Below, piece after piece: positions 27,965 to 38,168 of a stretch of 64,000 nucleotides of DNA (positions are counted from its first letter, which is position 1; every line of letters begins with the position of its first letter). The position numbers and the translations under genes are program-made. The notes beneath the pieces are model-generated. The model saw only the letters and a list, made by a program, of their open reading frames with translations. It had not been told where the DNA came from and made no database searches. Source of the DNA: a virus (lineage: Duplodnaviria > Caudoviricetes); the IMG/VR virus record IMGVR_UViG_2767802123_000001, positions 1 through 64,000 of that record. One strand, written 5' to 3'.

Positions 27965-28330
27965 TCAGCCCATCCGCAGGGCCTTGGTCAGGAAGTCGTT
28001 CGGCTTACTGCCAGGATGATTGACCACGCGGGCGAACACGACGCCGCGCTTGGTGGTGAACTTCAGCACCTGCCGGGTGCGCGGGCGGATCTGGTGCGGC
28101 CTCGTCCCCTTGATCACGTACATGGTCGCCGGGTGGGTGGACTCCACACGGACGTGCCGCCCGACCACCACGGCGCGCACCTGACGACCCATCTTCCCCG
28201 GGGCCATGCGCCGGGCGTTGCGCTGCACGCGGCGGGCCTTGCGGACCAGCTCCTTCATCACCGGTGAGTCCGGGGACAGCAGCAGCTCGCCGACCTTGTC
28301 GGCCCGGATCTCGATACGCGCGGCAGGCAC
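27965..28330 (-). CDS. Neck/tail-completion protein (HK97 gp10-like)
   Basis: Basic; YVIKGTRPH...HPG..PNDFL..AL. Confidence 0.7.
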   Translation of the reverse strand: MPAARIEIRADKVGELLLSPDSPVMKELVRKARRVQRNARRMAPGKMGRQVRAVVVGRHVRVESTHPATMYVIKGTRPHQIRPRTRQVLKFTTKRGVVFARVVNHPGSKPNDFLTKALRMG

Positions 28331-28331
28331 G

Positions 28332-28832
28332 TCAGCTCCTTACCAGGCACACGCGCACGGTCAGGTTGACCCCCACACAGCCGCCCTCGGGCCCGACCGG
28401 CTCCACCGGGGTGACGAAGTAGTCCAGCACCTGGTCGTCGTTGCGGAGGCGACACAGCGTGGCGGTTACGGCGTCCAGCATCTCCGTGGCGTCCTGGAGC
28501 AGCAGGCCGGCCGCAGCGTCCAGCTCGTCCACCGGGGGCGCCGCTTCGGCCCCCGCCGGCTGCGGAGCACAGCGCACCACGGCCACGGTGAACTGCCCCA
28601 CCTCGTACGGCGGCTGGCAGGCGCCGGTGACCGTCTCGGACTCCTCGGGGAAGTTCTCCGAGAGGTACAGCCTGGACAGGGTGACAGCGAGCATCCCGCC
28701 GCAGTCGCACGAGTCCCAGACGATCTCGCCGGGGACCATGCTCGCGCGCTTCGGCTTCGACGACAGGCCGTTCCGTACGGAGGCCACCAAGTTGTTCCCC
28801 ACGAGGTACCAGCGCGAAGCCCCGGTGATCAC
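28332..28832 (-). CDS. Putative tail terminator
   Basis: Synteny; Cys-rich; GPEGGCVG. Confidence 0.55.
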   Translation of the reverse strand: MITGASRWYLVGNNLVASVRNGLSSKPKRASMVPGEIVWDSCDCGGMLAVTLSRLYLSENFPEESETVTGACQPPYEVGQFTVAVVRCAPQPAGAEAAPPVDELDAAAGLLLQDATEMLDAVTATLCRLRNDDQVLDYFVTPVEPVGPEGGCVGVNLTVRVCLVRS

Positions 28833-29599
28833 ATCTGCCTCCTGAGCACACGGTCCACGTTGTAGACACGGCCTCGCCGACTCAGGCCGTCTGGATTCTC
28901 CGACGCAAGAAACAGGTCGACCAGGTACAGCCCGGTGCGGCCGTCCTTGAGGAGTTGGCCCATGTCCGGGTACTGGATCGTGACGCCCTGACGCACGAGC
29001 TGCGTCACGCCCGGGGGCAGACGGCAGTCCGCGCCGGTCCCGGCCTTGGCGATCTCGCAGGCCAGTTCACCCATCGCGAGACGCCCGGAGTCGGGGACCT
29101 CCTCGCCGACGACCACCTTCACCGACCACGTCCCCGGCTGGTCGTCGTCCAAGGCGAGGTTGTTGCAGCGCGGCCAGGCGGAGCCGTCCGTACGTATCAG
29201 CGACCGCCCGTCCAGCCGGTAGGAGCCGGTCACCATCGGCGTGCCGTCCAGCTTCACCTCCACGACGCGACTCACGTTGTCGGGCAGGCGAATCGTGGAG
29301 AGGTACGCGCACGAGCATCCGCCCTGGCAGGCTCCGGCGCAGTACGGCAGGCGGTAGAAGTCCCACGGCGTCGTCGAGTAGCCAGTCCCCCAGCCCCATA
29401 GCGGAACGGCGCCCGGGTCGGCGCAGTCCTCCGCGCAGGGCCTCCAGGTCACCTCGCACTGGCCGAAGCGGCGCCCGGACAGCGCCCACAGCACCCGCGT
29501 GGCGGCGGACACCGCGTACCCGGTCAGCTCGGGCGAGTAGGTGGACACGTCGCACGTCCAGTAGACCGGCCAGTCCTCGCACGGCCCGTAGTCGGTCAT
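28829..29599 (-). CDS. Head-to-tail adaptor
   Basis: ATRVLWALSGRRFG...LACE...RQGVT...TGLYLVD. Confidence 0.65.
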   Translation of the reverse strand: MTDYGPCEDWPVYWTCDVSTYSPELTGYAVSAATRVLWALSGRRFGQCEVTWRPCAEDCADPGAVPLWGWGTGYSTTPWDFYRLPYCAGACQGGCSCAYLSTIRLPDNVSRVVEVKLDGTPMVTGSYRLDGRSLIRTDGSAWPRCNNLALDDDQPGTWSVKVVVGEEVPDSGRLAMGELACEIAKAGTGADCRLPPGVTQLVRQGVTIQYPDMGQLLKDGRTGLYLVDLFLASENPDGLSRRGRVYNVDRVLRRQM

Positions 29600-29785
29600 G
29601 TGCTGGTCCCGGCGATTCGGTCCCACACCCACTGGTGGAAGTTGAGATGCTGGTCCCACCACTCCCAGGTGACGTCCATACCCTGCACGAGGGCGCCGCA
29701 CAGCTTGCACGGGGCAGTCATGTCCATGGGCGGGCGGATGTCTTCGGCGGTGGGGCGGGAGTCGAACGCCATCGTTACCTCCGGT

Positions 29786-30763
29786 CTAGTAGAGAGCAGC
29801 CCAAAAGGCGGACACGGTCCCGGACAGGCTGGTCAGATTGACGGTGGCGGGGATGGACGTCTGGCCGCCAGTCGAGACCAGCGTTGGAAGCGGTGGGGAT
29901 GGCCAGCCCGCGTTCATCAGGCCGGACGGTGGGCCCTTGCTCCAGCTGGGCCCGGCGGAGCCGACGAACAGCATCGCGGCCCAGTAGTAGCCGGGGCTCG
30001 CGGCGTACTGCGAGGTGAACGCGCAGTCCTTGTTGACCTGGCTGCCACTTGCCCACGTCGTGGACTGATCGCTGCTGATGGCGACCCGGTTGCCGGAGGA
30101 GTCGTAAAGGCCGACGAGGCATTGCCCAGCGGTCAGTGAGGCCCCGGGGGCGGTCTGGTAGAGGCGAACCCCTGTAACCGGCCGCGCGGCGGGGATCTTG
30201 CACCGCATGAAGTAGATGATCCCGCTGTTCCCGGGGCCTGCCGAGGAGGCAGCCCACGGCGGGTAGGACCAGGTGATCAGACCTGCGTCGGCCGGTGTCA
30301 TGTCGACGAGGCCGAGGCCGTCCCTTGCCTTCGCGGGGTCGGCGACGTCTGACAGGTTCGCCGCCTTGGCCAGCAGCGTGGACGCGTCGGCGAGCACGGC
30401 GTGCGAGCCGGCCACCGGGTCGGGGATGAGGATGTCCGCCAGGACGACAGTCGGTGAGGCCTTCGGCAGGGTGAAGTACCGGGTCCAGGCCGTCCCGTAC
30501 GTTGGGGTGAAGACGATCGTGTAGGAGAACCCGGTGGGGTCGATACCGGTCGCGTCGGTGGCCACGAGGGGCAGCGGGTCGAACCGCCCGGCCCTCACCC
30601 ACCGGCGCGCGGACCCGCCGAACAGGTAGTCGTCCTCGGCGACCGTGGCGAGGTCCGGCCCGGCCACGGTGAGGGATCCCTCCAGCGGGGTTCCGTCGGG
30701 TCCGGTGAAGGGAACGCCCCCGTCGGTGACGGTGACCGTCTCGACTCCTGCGGGAATGGGCAC
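29786..30763 (-). CDS. Putative virion structural protein
   Basis: In structural operon; KAANLSDVAD fibre/collar-like motif. Confidence 0.6.
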   Translation of the reverse strand: MPIPAGVETVTVTDGGVPFTGPDGTPLEGSLTVAGPDLATVAEDDYLFGGSARRWVRAGRFDPLPLVATDATGIDPTGFSYTIVFTPTYGTAWTRYFTLPKASPTVVLADILIPDPVAGSHAVLADASTLLAKAANLSDVADPAKARDGLGLVDMTPADAGLITWSYPPWAASSAGPGNSGIIYFMRCKIPAARPVTGVRLYQTAPGASLTAGQCLVGLYDSSGNRVAISSDQSTTWASGSQVNKDCAFTSQYAASPGYYWAAMLFVGSAGPSWSKGPPSGLMNAGWPSPPLPTLVSTGGQTSIPATVNLTSLSGTVSAFWAALY

Positions 30764-30771
30764 TGTGTCTC

Positions 30772-31260
30772 CTACGACTCGAACCGCACGAGACCGTTGC
30801 TGGACCAGACGACAGTGAACGAGCCGGAGACGACCGACTGCGGCCCGCCGAAGTAGAAGTAGGCCACGCCCTGGTCGGCGACCGCGTTCGTGCCGCCGGT
30901 GATGGAGTCGTCATAGACCAGGCAGCCGTAGGCGTCGGTCAGCGTGACGGTTCCGCCGGCGGAGAGGTCCGCCGCGTCGAACATCACCGTGCCCGGGGCC
31001 GGGCTGGTGAACGTCTTGGATGCAAGGGATCGGCCGCCCACTGGCCAGTTGGTGCCGCCGGTGATCTCGCGCGCGGTCGTCCAGGTGCCCGTGTTGTACC
31101 CGGTTTCGGCGACCGCCGCGTCCCGGTCCGGCGTGACGTTGTTGTCGAACAGAGCGGCCTTGACCGTGTCGGAGTCCAACCCGGTGTAGCCGGTCCCGGC
31201 AGCCTGCATCATCGGGCCTGAGATCCACGCCCGGAATGCCTTGCTCTCGGTCCACGCCAT
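30772..31260 (-). CDS. Putative virion structural protein
   Basis: DSDTVKAALF...FDAAD...FTVVW. Confidence 0.6.
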   Translation of the reverse strand: MAWTESKAFRAWISGPMMQAAGTGYTGLDSDTVKAALFDNNVTPDRDAAVAETGYNTGTWTTAREITGGTNWPVGGRSLASKTFTSPAPGTVMFDAADLSAGGTVTLTDAYGCLVYDDSITGGTNAVADQGVAYFYFGGPQSVVSGSFTVVWSSNGLVRFES

Positions 31261-31265
31261 CGTCC

Positions 31266-31559
31266 TCAGCCCCTCGTCACTCGCGCCGTGGGTGCGAAGA
31301 CGGCGCAGTCCTGGCCGTCGTCCCGCTCGGTCACCACGGACGTCACCGGCCGGCCGTCGCCGTCGTAGCGCACGTCCTCGCCGCTCACGTAGTCCTCGCG
31401 CAGCACCGCGCGGACGCGCGCCCGCACCCCTTCCAGGACCATCGGGGCCAGCAGACCGGCGAGCCCGGGGCAGGGGTGGAAACGGTTGTCTGCCCCAGCC
31501 GTCACCGCTGTCGCGGGGCAGTTGGGGCAGACCCAGTGCTGCTCGCCCGTCAGGATCAC
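31266..31559 (-). CDS. Small Cys/His protein
   Basis: GTGA overlap; WVCPNC...FHPC. Confidence 0.6.
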   Translation of the reverse strand: MILTGEQHWVCPNCPATAVTAGADNRFHPCPGLAGLLAPMVLEGVRARVRAVLREDYVSGEDVRYDGDGRPVTSVVTERDDGQDCAVFAPTARVTRG

Positions 31560-32251
31560 GACAGGGTCAGCGGGTTGACCTGCGGGTCGGGCGGGGCCGT
31601 AGTGGTGATGTTCCACAGCCAGTGCTCGCCTGCCTGCGCGGTCTCTCCGGTCGGCAGCCACGACGTGGAGCCGGGCCCGTTGCCCCACCCGATGACCGGT
31701 GTCGTGGATACAGCCTGCGTCTCGGACTGGATCTGCATGGTGGAGCGGCCGTTCTCCACCGTGTACGAGCCGATACGCGTGGAGCCCACGTTGGGCCACG
31801 CGTTGTAGATGTACCGCTGCGCTCCGGACGGATCGCACGAGCCGGACCCGGCCACGCGCTGCCAGACCTCCAGGCTGTACCGGTTCGACGGCGAGCCCTC
31901 CGCGAAGGCGAAGCCCGTGCCGGTGACGCCGGCGCCGTTGACGGTCAGCTCCCGCGCGCTCGCGAGGTAGGCGACCCCTGTCGTATTGATCTCACAGAAG
32001 TCGATGGTGAGCTGCATGCGCTTGAGAACCGGATCGTCCTTCTGGTTCACGCACGGCGTGCCGTCAGCAGTCCTTTCGAAGAACTCCTCACCGTCCTCGT
32101 ACTGCGGTTCCATCTGAACCTGAACAAATCCCTTGGTCACCACGACCAGGGAACCGGTTCCGGTGACCGGGTTGCCGCAGGCGTCCACGCGGACGATCCG
32201 GGCGTGCGTGCCCTTGATCGCGGTGGCGGCCGAAGCCACGGTTGCTACCAC
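31556..32251 (-). CDS. Major tail (tube) protein
   Basis: RIVRVDACGNP...YEDGEEFFERTADG..C; synteny. Confidence 0.7.
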   Translation of the reverse strand: MVATVASAATAIKGTHARIVRVDACGNPVTGTGSLVVVTKGFVQVQMEPQYEDGEEFFERTADGTPCVNQKDDPVLKRMQLTIDFCEINTTGVAYLASARELTVNGAGVTGTGFAFAEGSPSNRYSLEVWQRVAGSGSCDPSGAQRYIYNAWPNVGSTRIGSYTVENGRSTMQIQSETQAVSTTPVIGWGNGPGSTSWLPTGETAQAGEHWLWNITTTAPPDPQVNPLTLS

Positions 32252-32261
32252 TGTTCACCCC

Positions 32262-33152
32262 TTACGTGGGTACGCCGAGAGTCATCAAGGCTGCGAGGTG
32301 CGCGCACTCCCAGCCGAACAGGTACGTGCGGGAAGCCTGCTTGCGGACGGTGTTGGTGGACCGGTCGAACGTGCCGGGGAAGTCGCGCACGGCGACGTCC
32401 GACCGGTAGCCGAACAGGGCGCCGGTCGCGTAGATCCACGCCGAGCCGGCCGGAGCGGCCGACCCGTCGGGACCTGTCCCGGTGTACCCGGCCGCCGCGA
32501 CGATGCGATGCCCGCCCGGTGTGCGCAGCACCCCGTCCGCGTCGTCCGTACGGAGCAGGCTCCGGGACTTCAGCGTGGCCAGCGCGGCCACCGGAACGTG
32601 GACCACGCCGACACCGCCGTACTGCTCGGCGAGCGCACCGTCCAGACGGCCGATCGCCACGGCGGCGTCGTCCGTCGTCGCCACCACGGCGTTTGCGGCC
32701 GTCTGAAGCCGGATGCCTTGTGGGTCGTCCAGCGGGTCATCGGCGGCCAGGTGCGGCCACACGGTGGACTGCCCGCCGGCTTGGCCGGTCCAGAACGCCC
32801 TGCTGACCTGGAACGCCTCACTGCGCGCGAGAGCTTCGGCAGCCTGGTCCACGTCCGGCAGACCGATGAGCGAGCAGTCGAACGCGGCGTAGACTGTGAA
32901 GGCGGTCGCCCCACGGTCTACACCCTCGGCCGTGGGCTCGATCGGCGGTGCGGCGGGGACGGAACCGTCCGTGCCGGTGACGGCGATGCACTCGTCCGCG
33001 TACGTCGTCTGCGCCCCACCGCACCAGTCGGTCCAGGTCACTCCCTGCTGCCAGTGCGGCCCCGGCGCGGCCGGATGCTGCGCCGCGTCCCACAAGTCGT
33101 TCGGGAGCGCGACGAAGTCCGGCCCGTCGACTATGCCCCGGATACCGGCCAC
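32262..33152 (-). CDS. Capsid-associated protein
   Basis: Immediately after MCP; WIYATG...DRSTN. Confidence 0.6.
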   Translation of the reverse strand: MAGIRGIVDGPDFVALPNDLWDAAQHPAAPGPHWQQGVTWTDWCGGAQTTYADECIAVTGTDGSVPAAPPIEPTAEGVDRGATAFTVYAAFDCSLIGLPDVDQAAEALARSEAFQVSRAFWTGQAGGQSTVWPHLAADDPLDDPQGIRLQTAANAVVATTDDAAVAIGRLDGALAEQYGGVGVVHVPVAALATLKSRSLLRTDDADGVLRTPGGHRIVAAAGYTGTGPDGSAAPAGSAWIYATGALFGYRSDVAVRDFPGTFDRSTNTVRKQASRTYLFGWECAHLAALMTLGVPT

Positions 33153-33186
33153 GTCGCGCTCCCTCCGTTGTCGGTACGGTCAGGGC

Positions 33187-34977
33187 TCAGAGCTGGTGCC
33201 CGAGAGTCTGGTCCGCGCTGCCCGACCCGTTGACCGCGAGCGTTGCCCGGTACAGGCGGGACTCGTGGCCGACCCTGGCGACCAGGTGCGCCTCCTCCGC
33301 CCACAGGGCGGTGTGGTCGTTCTCCGCGTTCAGCGCGCTGTCGCGGATCACACCGAGGTCGAGCTGGAGGCCGTTGCCGTGCAGGAAGGTGCCGGCGGCG
33401 TACATCATGAAGTCGACGCTGGTCGGCCAGGCCGTCATGTTGGTGTCCACGCGGCCGAACTGGCCGGAGCCGCGCACCTGCCAGTCGGAGACGAACTGCG
33501 GGCGCACCGACCTGTCCGTGAACCACGCGGTGATCTGCGCGTCCGACACGCTCTCGCGCTCGACCTTCGTCCGCCAGGCGAGGTCGGCCCGGATGACCGC
33601 GAGCGTCCAGCGCGGCAGGACGACCTCCAGTACCGCGTCCTCGCGCATGGCGAACTTCGCGCGGTAGTCGATCGCTGCCAGCTCCACGCCGTTGAGCAGC
33701 GTCTGGGCGGCAGGCTTGTTCGCCGCGCCAAGAGCGATGGCCGAGGTGGACCGGGCGACCATGAGGGAGATCAGCCGGGCGTTGATGACGTGCGCGTAGG
33801 CCGCCCGCAGCAGCCGGATGAAGTTCTGCGTCGCCTCCGGGTACGCGTCGTCGGTGAGGTTACCGGCGGTGAGGCTGACGCCGTACGCCTCCAGCCGCGT
33901 CTCGTCGAACGTCGGGCACGGCACGCGCAAGGTCGGCTTGTTCACCGAGCCGGTGACGGTGGCGATGTCGTCGGCCTCAGTCCACAGCCACGGGTCGCTC
34001 GCGTTGGAGAACGGGAAGGCGAACCCGCCGAAGCCCGAAGCCGGGTTGGAGCCCGCGTTCTGGAAGAACACGTCACCGATGGACGGGGACACCGGGTAAC
34101 GGATGCCGCCCCGGGAGACACCGACGGTCGGCAGGTCGATGAGGCCGACCGGAGTGTCCGCGATGTTGAAGAAGTCGTAGGTGACCTCCGACGGGGCGCA
34201 CCACCCACCGCCGGCCAGCAGGGCGTCGGCCTGGCCGCGCTGCTGCGTCATCGAGTGCCACAGCTCCTCTACCGTGGAGGCAGAGGTGCGGTCGTCCACC
34301 GTGTGCTCGAACTGGTTGCGCAGCGACGCGACCAGGTGGCGCGGGGCGCCCCGGTCGCCGTACTGCGTGGTCGGCACGGCCTTCGCCTTGGCGCGGAACG
34401 CCTCGCTCAGGGCCTCCAGCGTCGGCAGGGACTGCCCGGCACCCACGCCGGGGATGTCCACGCTCGCGGTGACGGCCATGGTCTGCGCATTCGGTGCCTT
34501 GGCCTGCGGGGCACGCTCGCGTACCTGCGACAGGGAGGCCACCCGGCGCTGCACGGCCTCGGGGGCCTGGTCGCCGAAGAGGATGGAGGCCACACCCTTG
34601 GCCGTGGCCTCAGTCAGTGCCGCGAGGTCGACACGGCCGCCGGCGGTGACGGGGGCGGCGCCCTCGCCTCCGTCACCGCCTTCGCCGCCCTCACCGACGT
34701 GCACGGACTGACGCAGCAGCGCCATGCGCCGGGTCGCCTCCTGCTGTGCGGTGGCGGCCTCTTCCTCCGCGCGGACCGCGCGCACGCGCAGCTCCGCGCG
34801 GATGCGGTCCAGGTCACGCGTGAGACGTTCGCTGTAGCTGATGTGTTCGGGGAGGATCTGCTGAAGTCCGGCGACGCGGTCGAACTCCGCGACCGCGTTC
34901 GTCTCCAGCTCGCGCAGCTCCGACTCTCCCACGAGTGAGAGGTCGTCGGGCGCGGTGAACAGTTCGGGTTCCGGCAC
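33187..34977 (-). CDS. Major capsid protein with N-terminal scaffold-like domain
   Basis: GGAGG RBS; LLAGGGWCAPSE..YD, RGGIRYP, LDLGVIRDS motifs. Confidence 0.85.
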   Translation of the reverse strand: MPEPELFTAPDDLSLVGESELRELETNAVAEFDRVAGLQQILPEHISYSERLTRDLDRIRAELRVRAVRAEEEAATAQQEATRRMALLRQSVHVGEGGEGGDGGEGAAPVTAGGRVDLAALTEATAKGVASILFGDQAPEAVQRRVASLSQVRERAPQAKAPNAQTMAVTASVDIPGVGAGQSLPTLEALSEAFRAKAKAVPTTQYGDRGAPRHLVASLRNQFEHTVDDRTSASTVEELWHSMTQQRGQADALLAGGGWCAPSEVTYDFFNIADTPVGLIDLPTVGVSRGGIRYPVSPSIGDVFFQNAGSNPASGFGGFAFPFSNASDPWLWTEADDIATVTGSVNKPTLRVPCPTFDETRLEAYGVSLTAGNLTDDAYPEATQNFIRLLRAAYAHVINARLISLMVARSTSAIALGAANKPAAQTLLNGVELAAIDYRAKFAMREDAVLEVVLPRWTLAVIRADLAWRTKVERESVSDAQITAWFTDRSVRPQFVSDWQVRGSGQFGRVDTNMTAWPTSVDFMMYAAGTFLHGNGLQLDLGVIRDSALNAENDHTALWAEEAHLVARVGHESRLYRATLAVNGSGSADQTLGHQL

Positions 34978-35085
34978 GTCAACCTCCGGGAGAGCGGCCG
35001 AGATCAAGTCGGCGCGCACGGTACATACAAACGGCCGAATCGCCAAAAGTCACAAAGACTCTGACGATTCGGCCGTTGTCGCTGC

Positions 35086-35148
35086 TCAGCCGCCGATCGG
35101 GGGCGGCGGAGGCGGCGGGGGCGGGGCCGGTCGGTTACAGCCGCACAT
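35086..35148 (-). CDS. 20-aa peptide MCGCNRPAPPPPPPPPPIGG
   Basis: GAGGAG RBS; 5 nt after upstream stop. Confidence 0.55.
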   Translation of the reverse strand: MCGCNRPAPPPPPPPPPIGG

Positions 35149-35153
35149 ACGGA

Positions 35154-38100
35154 TCACTCCTCTCGGTGGACTTGGCGGGACAGGGCGGCGAGGACGCGGC
35201 GGTATGCCCACTGGTCCAACTCGTCCTCGGTCAGACCCTCGGAGAGCTGCGGGATACCCGCTGCGACGAGGGCGAGCTGCTGGCCGGACGTCAGGTGCGT
35301 CTTCAGCTTCGGGACCGGGAAGCCGGGGATGTTCACGGCGAGCAGGCCGACCAGGCGCAGCGACCCGCCGATGCGGCGCCAGTCGCCGGACACCTGCCCG
35401 GCCGCGCGCAGCTCGTGGATGCGCGACTCGGGCGTGCCGGGCCGGATGGAGCCCGCGACCCAGATGCCGTGAGCGTCGTTGCCGACGGCGACGTCCGCCA
35501 CGGCGGCGCCGGTGTTGTCGTAGTGGTCGGCTGCCGCGCGGTAGCCGTAGGACAGGGGCGCATGTCCGGTGCCGACGGTGATCTGTCCGACGCCTACCGA
35601 TGAGCCGTCCTCCGTCCAGACGTTGCCCGTCATGAAGTACGGGTGTGCCTCCTCGTGCGGTGGGGTGACGCACACACCCTCCTGCCCGATGTGGCAGGTG
35701 CCCCACAACGCGGCGTGCCCGTACACCCGGCCCTCCGGCGTGACCGTGATCCCGGTGGGCACCGACAGGCCCGGGTTGGAGAACCAGCTGGCCGGCGGGC
35801 GCACCGGCGCCTCCACCGTCCGAGCCGGAGCCGTACGGACCTTCGTCTCACGCACCGCGCCGATCGGTTCGCCGCCGGCGACGACGGCCCCGGCCTCGTC
35901 CAGCAGGGCGATGTACGCCTCGGCGAAAGCGGGGATGTCCACCAGGGTCGCCGCGCGGATACGGCCCTTGTTGAACACGACTTTCTCCGGCGACGCGAAC
36001 AGCATGTCGAACGGGGAGCCTTCACCGTCCGCGTCCGGGTCGGCAGGCCACACCAGTTCCATGTCGGCGTCTTTGATGGAGTCGACATCCACCGACACAC
36101 CGCGCAGGAACTGACCCTTGATCTTGCCGTGGACCGTGCGGCCGTCCTCGGTGGACAGGTCCAGAACGCCCTCACCCATGATGAGGCCGCCGTCTTCCCG
36201 CCACACCCGGTCGATGCGGCCGACGTTCACCGCTACGGTGTGCGGCTCCCCGCCGTGGCTGTCTTCCTTGTTCCAGCGCAGCGGGAGCGGCAGGTCGGCC
36301 CAGGTGAGCGCCTCCGGCTTGAACTCCCGGCCGTCGCCGGTCTCGATACCCTCCACGGTCAGCGGGCCACGCCACGGCGCGGTGTCGCCGGAGCCCATCT
36401 CGCTGACCGGCGGCCCCGCCACCTCCTCGGCGTCGGCCGCCGCGCCGTGCGCCAGGGTCTCGGGGCCGTGCTCGCCCCGCAGCGTCTGCGCACCCCCGAC
36501 CGCCTTCTCCCCGACCTCCACGCACTCGCCGGAAGCCTTGTCCAGCTCCATGCCGGGCGGGCACTGCTTCTCCTCGGAGGCGGACTGTTTGTTCTCCTTC
36601 AACCGCTTGTCCTTCGGCGTACCGGGGTTCGGCTCACCCTTACTCAGAACCTCGGTCGCTTCGGTCGCTGCTTCGGTCGTCATGGACTGATCTCCTTCCG
36701 CCGCGTCCTGTGCGGCCGGTTGGGTGTCGGCACTCGCCGTGGTTGCCGGGCTCCGCACTTCCTGCCAGACGGCGATGAGGAAACCCCGGCACGCGTTGCC
36801 GTAGCGGGCGCCGGTGCAGTCCCGGTAACCCATGACCGGGTACTCCGCCATGGCTGCGTCCAGGGTGGTGAACGTGCGGCCGTCGATCGCTTTGCAGGGG
36901 TCGCACGTACGGCGGTCCAGAATCTCGGAGGCGGTGTACGAGGATGCAGGCGGCGCGGCCTCCATCACCGCGTGACGTCCGGCGTTCTGCGCGGCCGTCA
37001 TCGCCTGTCCGACGGCGGCCCGCACTGAGGTGTCGTCCACCGTGGCCAGCTCCCGGTCGACCTCAGCAGCCACCTGCTCCGACGGCCGGCTGGAGCGCAG
37101 CAACCCGGACAGCTTCCGCTTGGCGGCCGTCAGTAGCGCCCCCGACATGAGGTCGCTGGACAACTCCGCGACGGAAGACAGCAGCCGCCGTCCGGTGAGC
37201 GCGGCCGTGACCGCGTCCTCGTCGCCGTCGGGCAGCGACCAGTCCGGGACGGCGATGCCCTGCCGTTCGGCCTCACGCTGGCACGCCCGGCCCGCTTTGA
37301 CCGCGTACTCCTCCATGAGATTCAGCAGAGTGGACGTCGCAGCCCGGCTGTCCAGGGTCAGCTCAGGCACCGACTCCAGGCGGTCGTCGGCGAGGTCCCG
37401 GGTGATCTGCTCGCGCACGTCCAGGCGCCACGCGGCCGTGACCGACTTGAGGGCCTTCAGCGCCCCGGCTGTCGCGGACTCCCACTCCGCGTGCACCCCG
37501 GCGAAGTCGACGCGCGAGGCCACCTCCAGCTCGGTCGGCTCCCGGCGCAGCGGTCCGGCGGCGGCCGTCACCGCGTCGCCGGTCAGGGGTATGTCGTGGT
37601 CCTCGTCGCCGAAGGACAGCCGAATGCGGTCGAACGTCACCGTGCCCAGCCGCTGTTCCAGTTCCTTCAGCAGGGCGGGGTCGTCGCTGTACGCGGCGCA
37701 GATGTGCGCAGCCCAGGGGCTGTGCTGCGGGGGCATCTCGGGACGCCCGTGCGTGGACTCCAGAGCTTCCGTGACGCAGGCCCGGACCCGCAGCAGGCCG
37801 TCCGGTGGAACGTGCTCGCCGGGTTCGGCGTCGCCCACGTTCCAGACCCAGCAGGGGTAGTCTCCACCTCCGTTCCAGTGCGCGGCGCCGAACGCCTTGG
37901 CCCGCACGGGCCCGAGCCCGTACAGCTCCGCCAGCGGGCGCAGGATCCCCTCCAGCTCGTCGCGCTGCCCCTCGGTCCACTCGGAGCTGTCGTCACCAAG
38001 GAAGAACAGCGTGCAGTGCAGCTCCTCGGCCGGCTCGCCGCCGGGTATTGCGAGGCGTTCGGCATCCTCGGCCGTCGGCATGAGGGCGACCATGCAGCCC

Positions 38101-38168
38101 TGCGTGTGCGAGCCGTCGGCGGCGGCCGTGAGCGCCGGCGGGTGCTGGTGGTCAGTGCGCGGGGGCAT
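35154..38168 (-). CDS. Multidomain head protein: 2H phosphoesterase, MuF-like and putative maturation domains
   Basis: LHCTL...AHICA; CDPC...CRG; EGIETGDGR; lies between portal and MCP. Confidence 0.7.
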   Translation of the reverse strand: MPPRTDHQHPPALTAAADGSHTQGCMVALMPTAEDAERLAIPGGEPAEELHCTLFFLGDDSSEWTEGQRDELEGILRPLAELYGLGPVRAKAFGAAHWNGGGDYPCWVWNVGDAEPGEHVPPDGLLRVRACVTEALESTHGRPEMPPQHSPWAAHICAAYSDDPALLKELEQRLGTVTFDRIRLSFGDEDHDIPLTGDAVTAAAGPLRREPTELEVASRVDFAGVHAEWESATAGALKALKSVTAAWRLDVREQITRDLADDRLESVPELTLDSRAATSTLLNLMEEYAVKAGRACQREAERQGIAVPDWSLPDGDEDAVTAALTGRRLLSSVAELSSDLMSGALLTAAKRKLSGLLRSSRPSEQVAAEVDRELATVDDTSVRAAVGQAMTAAQNAGRHAVMEAAPPASSYTASEILDRRTCDPCKAIDGRTFTTLDAAMAEYPVMGYRDCTGARYGNACRGFLIAVWQEVRSPATTASADTQPAAQDAAEGDQSMTTEAATEATEVLSKGEPNPGTPKDKRLKENKQSASEEKQCPPGMELDKASGECVEVGEKAVGGAQTLRGEHGPETLAHGAAADAEEVAGPPVSEMGSGDTAPWRGPLTVEGIETGDGREFKPEALTWADLPLPLRWNKEDSHGGEPHTVAVNVGRIDRVWREDGGLIMGEGVLDLSTEDGRTVHGKIKGQFLRGVSVDVDSIKDADMELVWPADPDADGEGSPFDMLFASPEKVVFNKGRIRAATLVDIPAFAEAYIALLDEAGAVVAGGEPIGAVRETKVRTAPARTVEAPVRPPASWFSNPGLSVPTGITVTPEGRVYGHAALWGTCHIGQEGVCVTPPHEEAHPYFMTGNVWTEDGSSVGVGQITVGTGHAPLSYGYRAAADHYDNTGAAVADVAVGNDAHGIWVAGSIRPGTPESRIHELRAAGQVSGDWRRIGGSLRLVGLLAVNIPGFPVPKLKTHLTSGQQLALVAAGIPQLSEGLTEDELDQWAYRRVLAALSRQVHREE

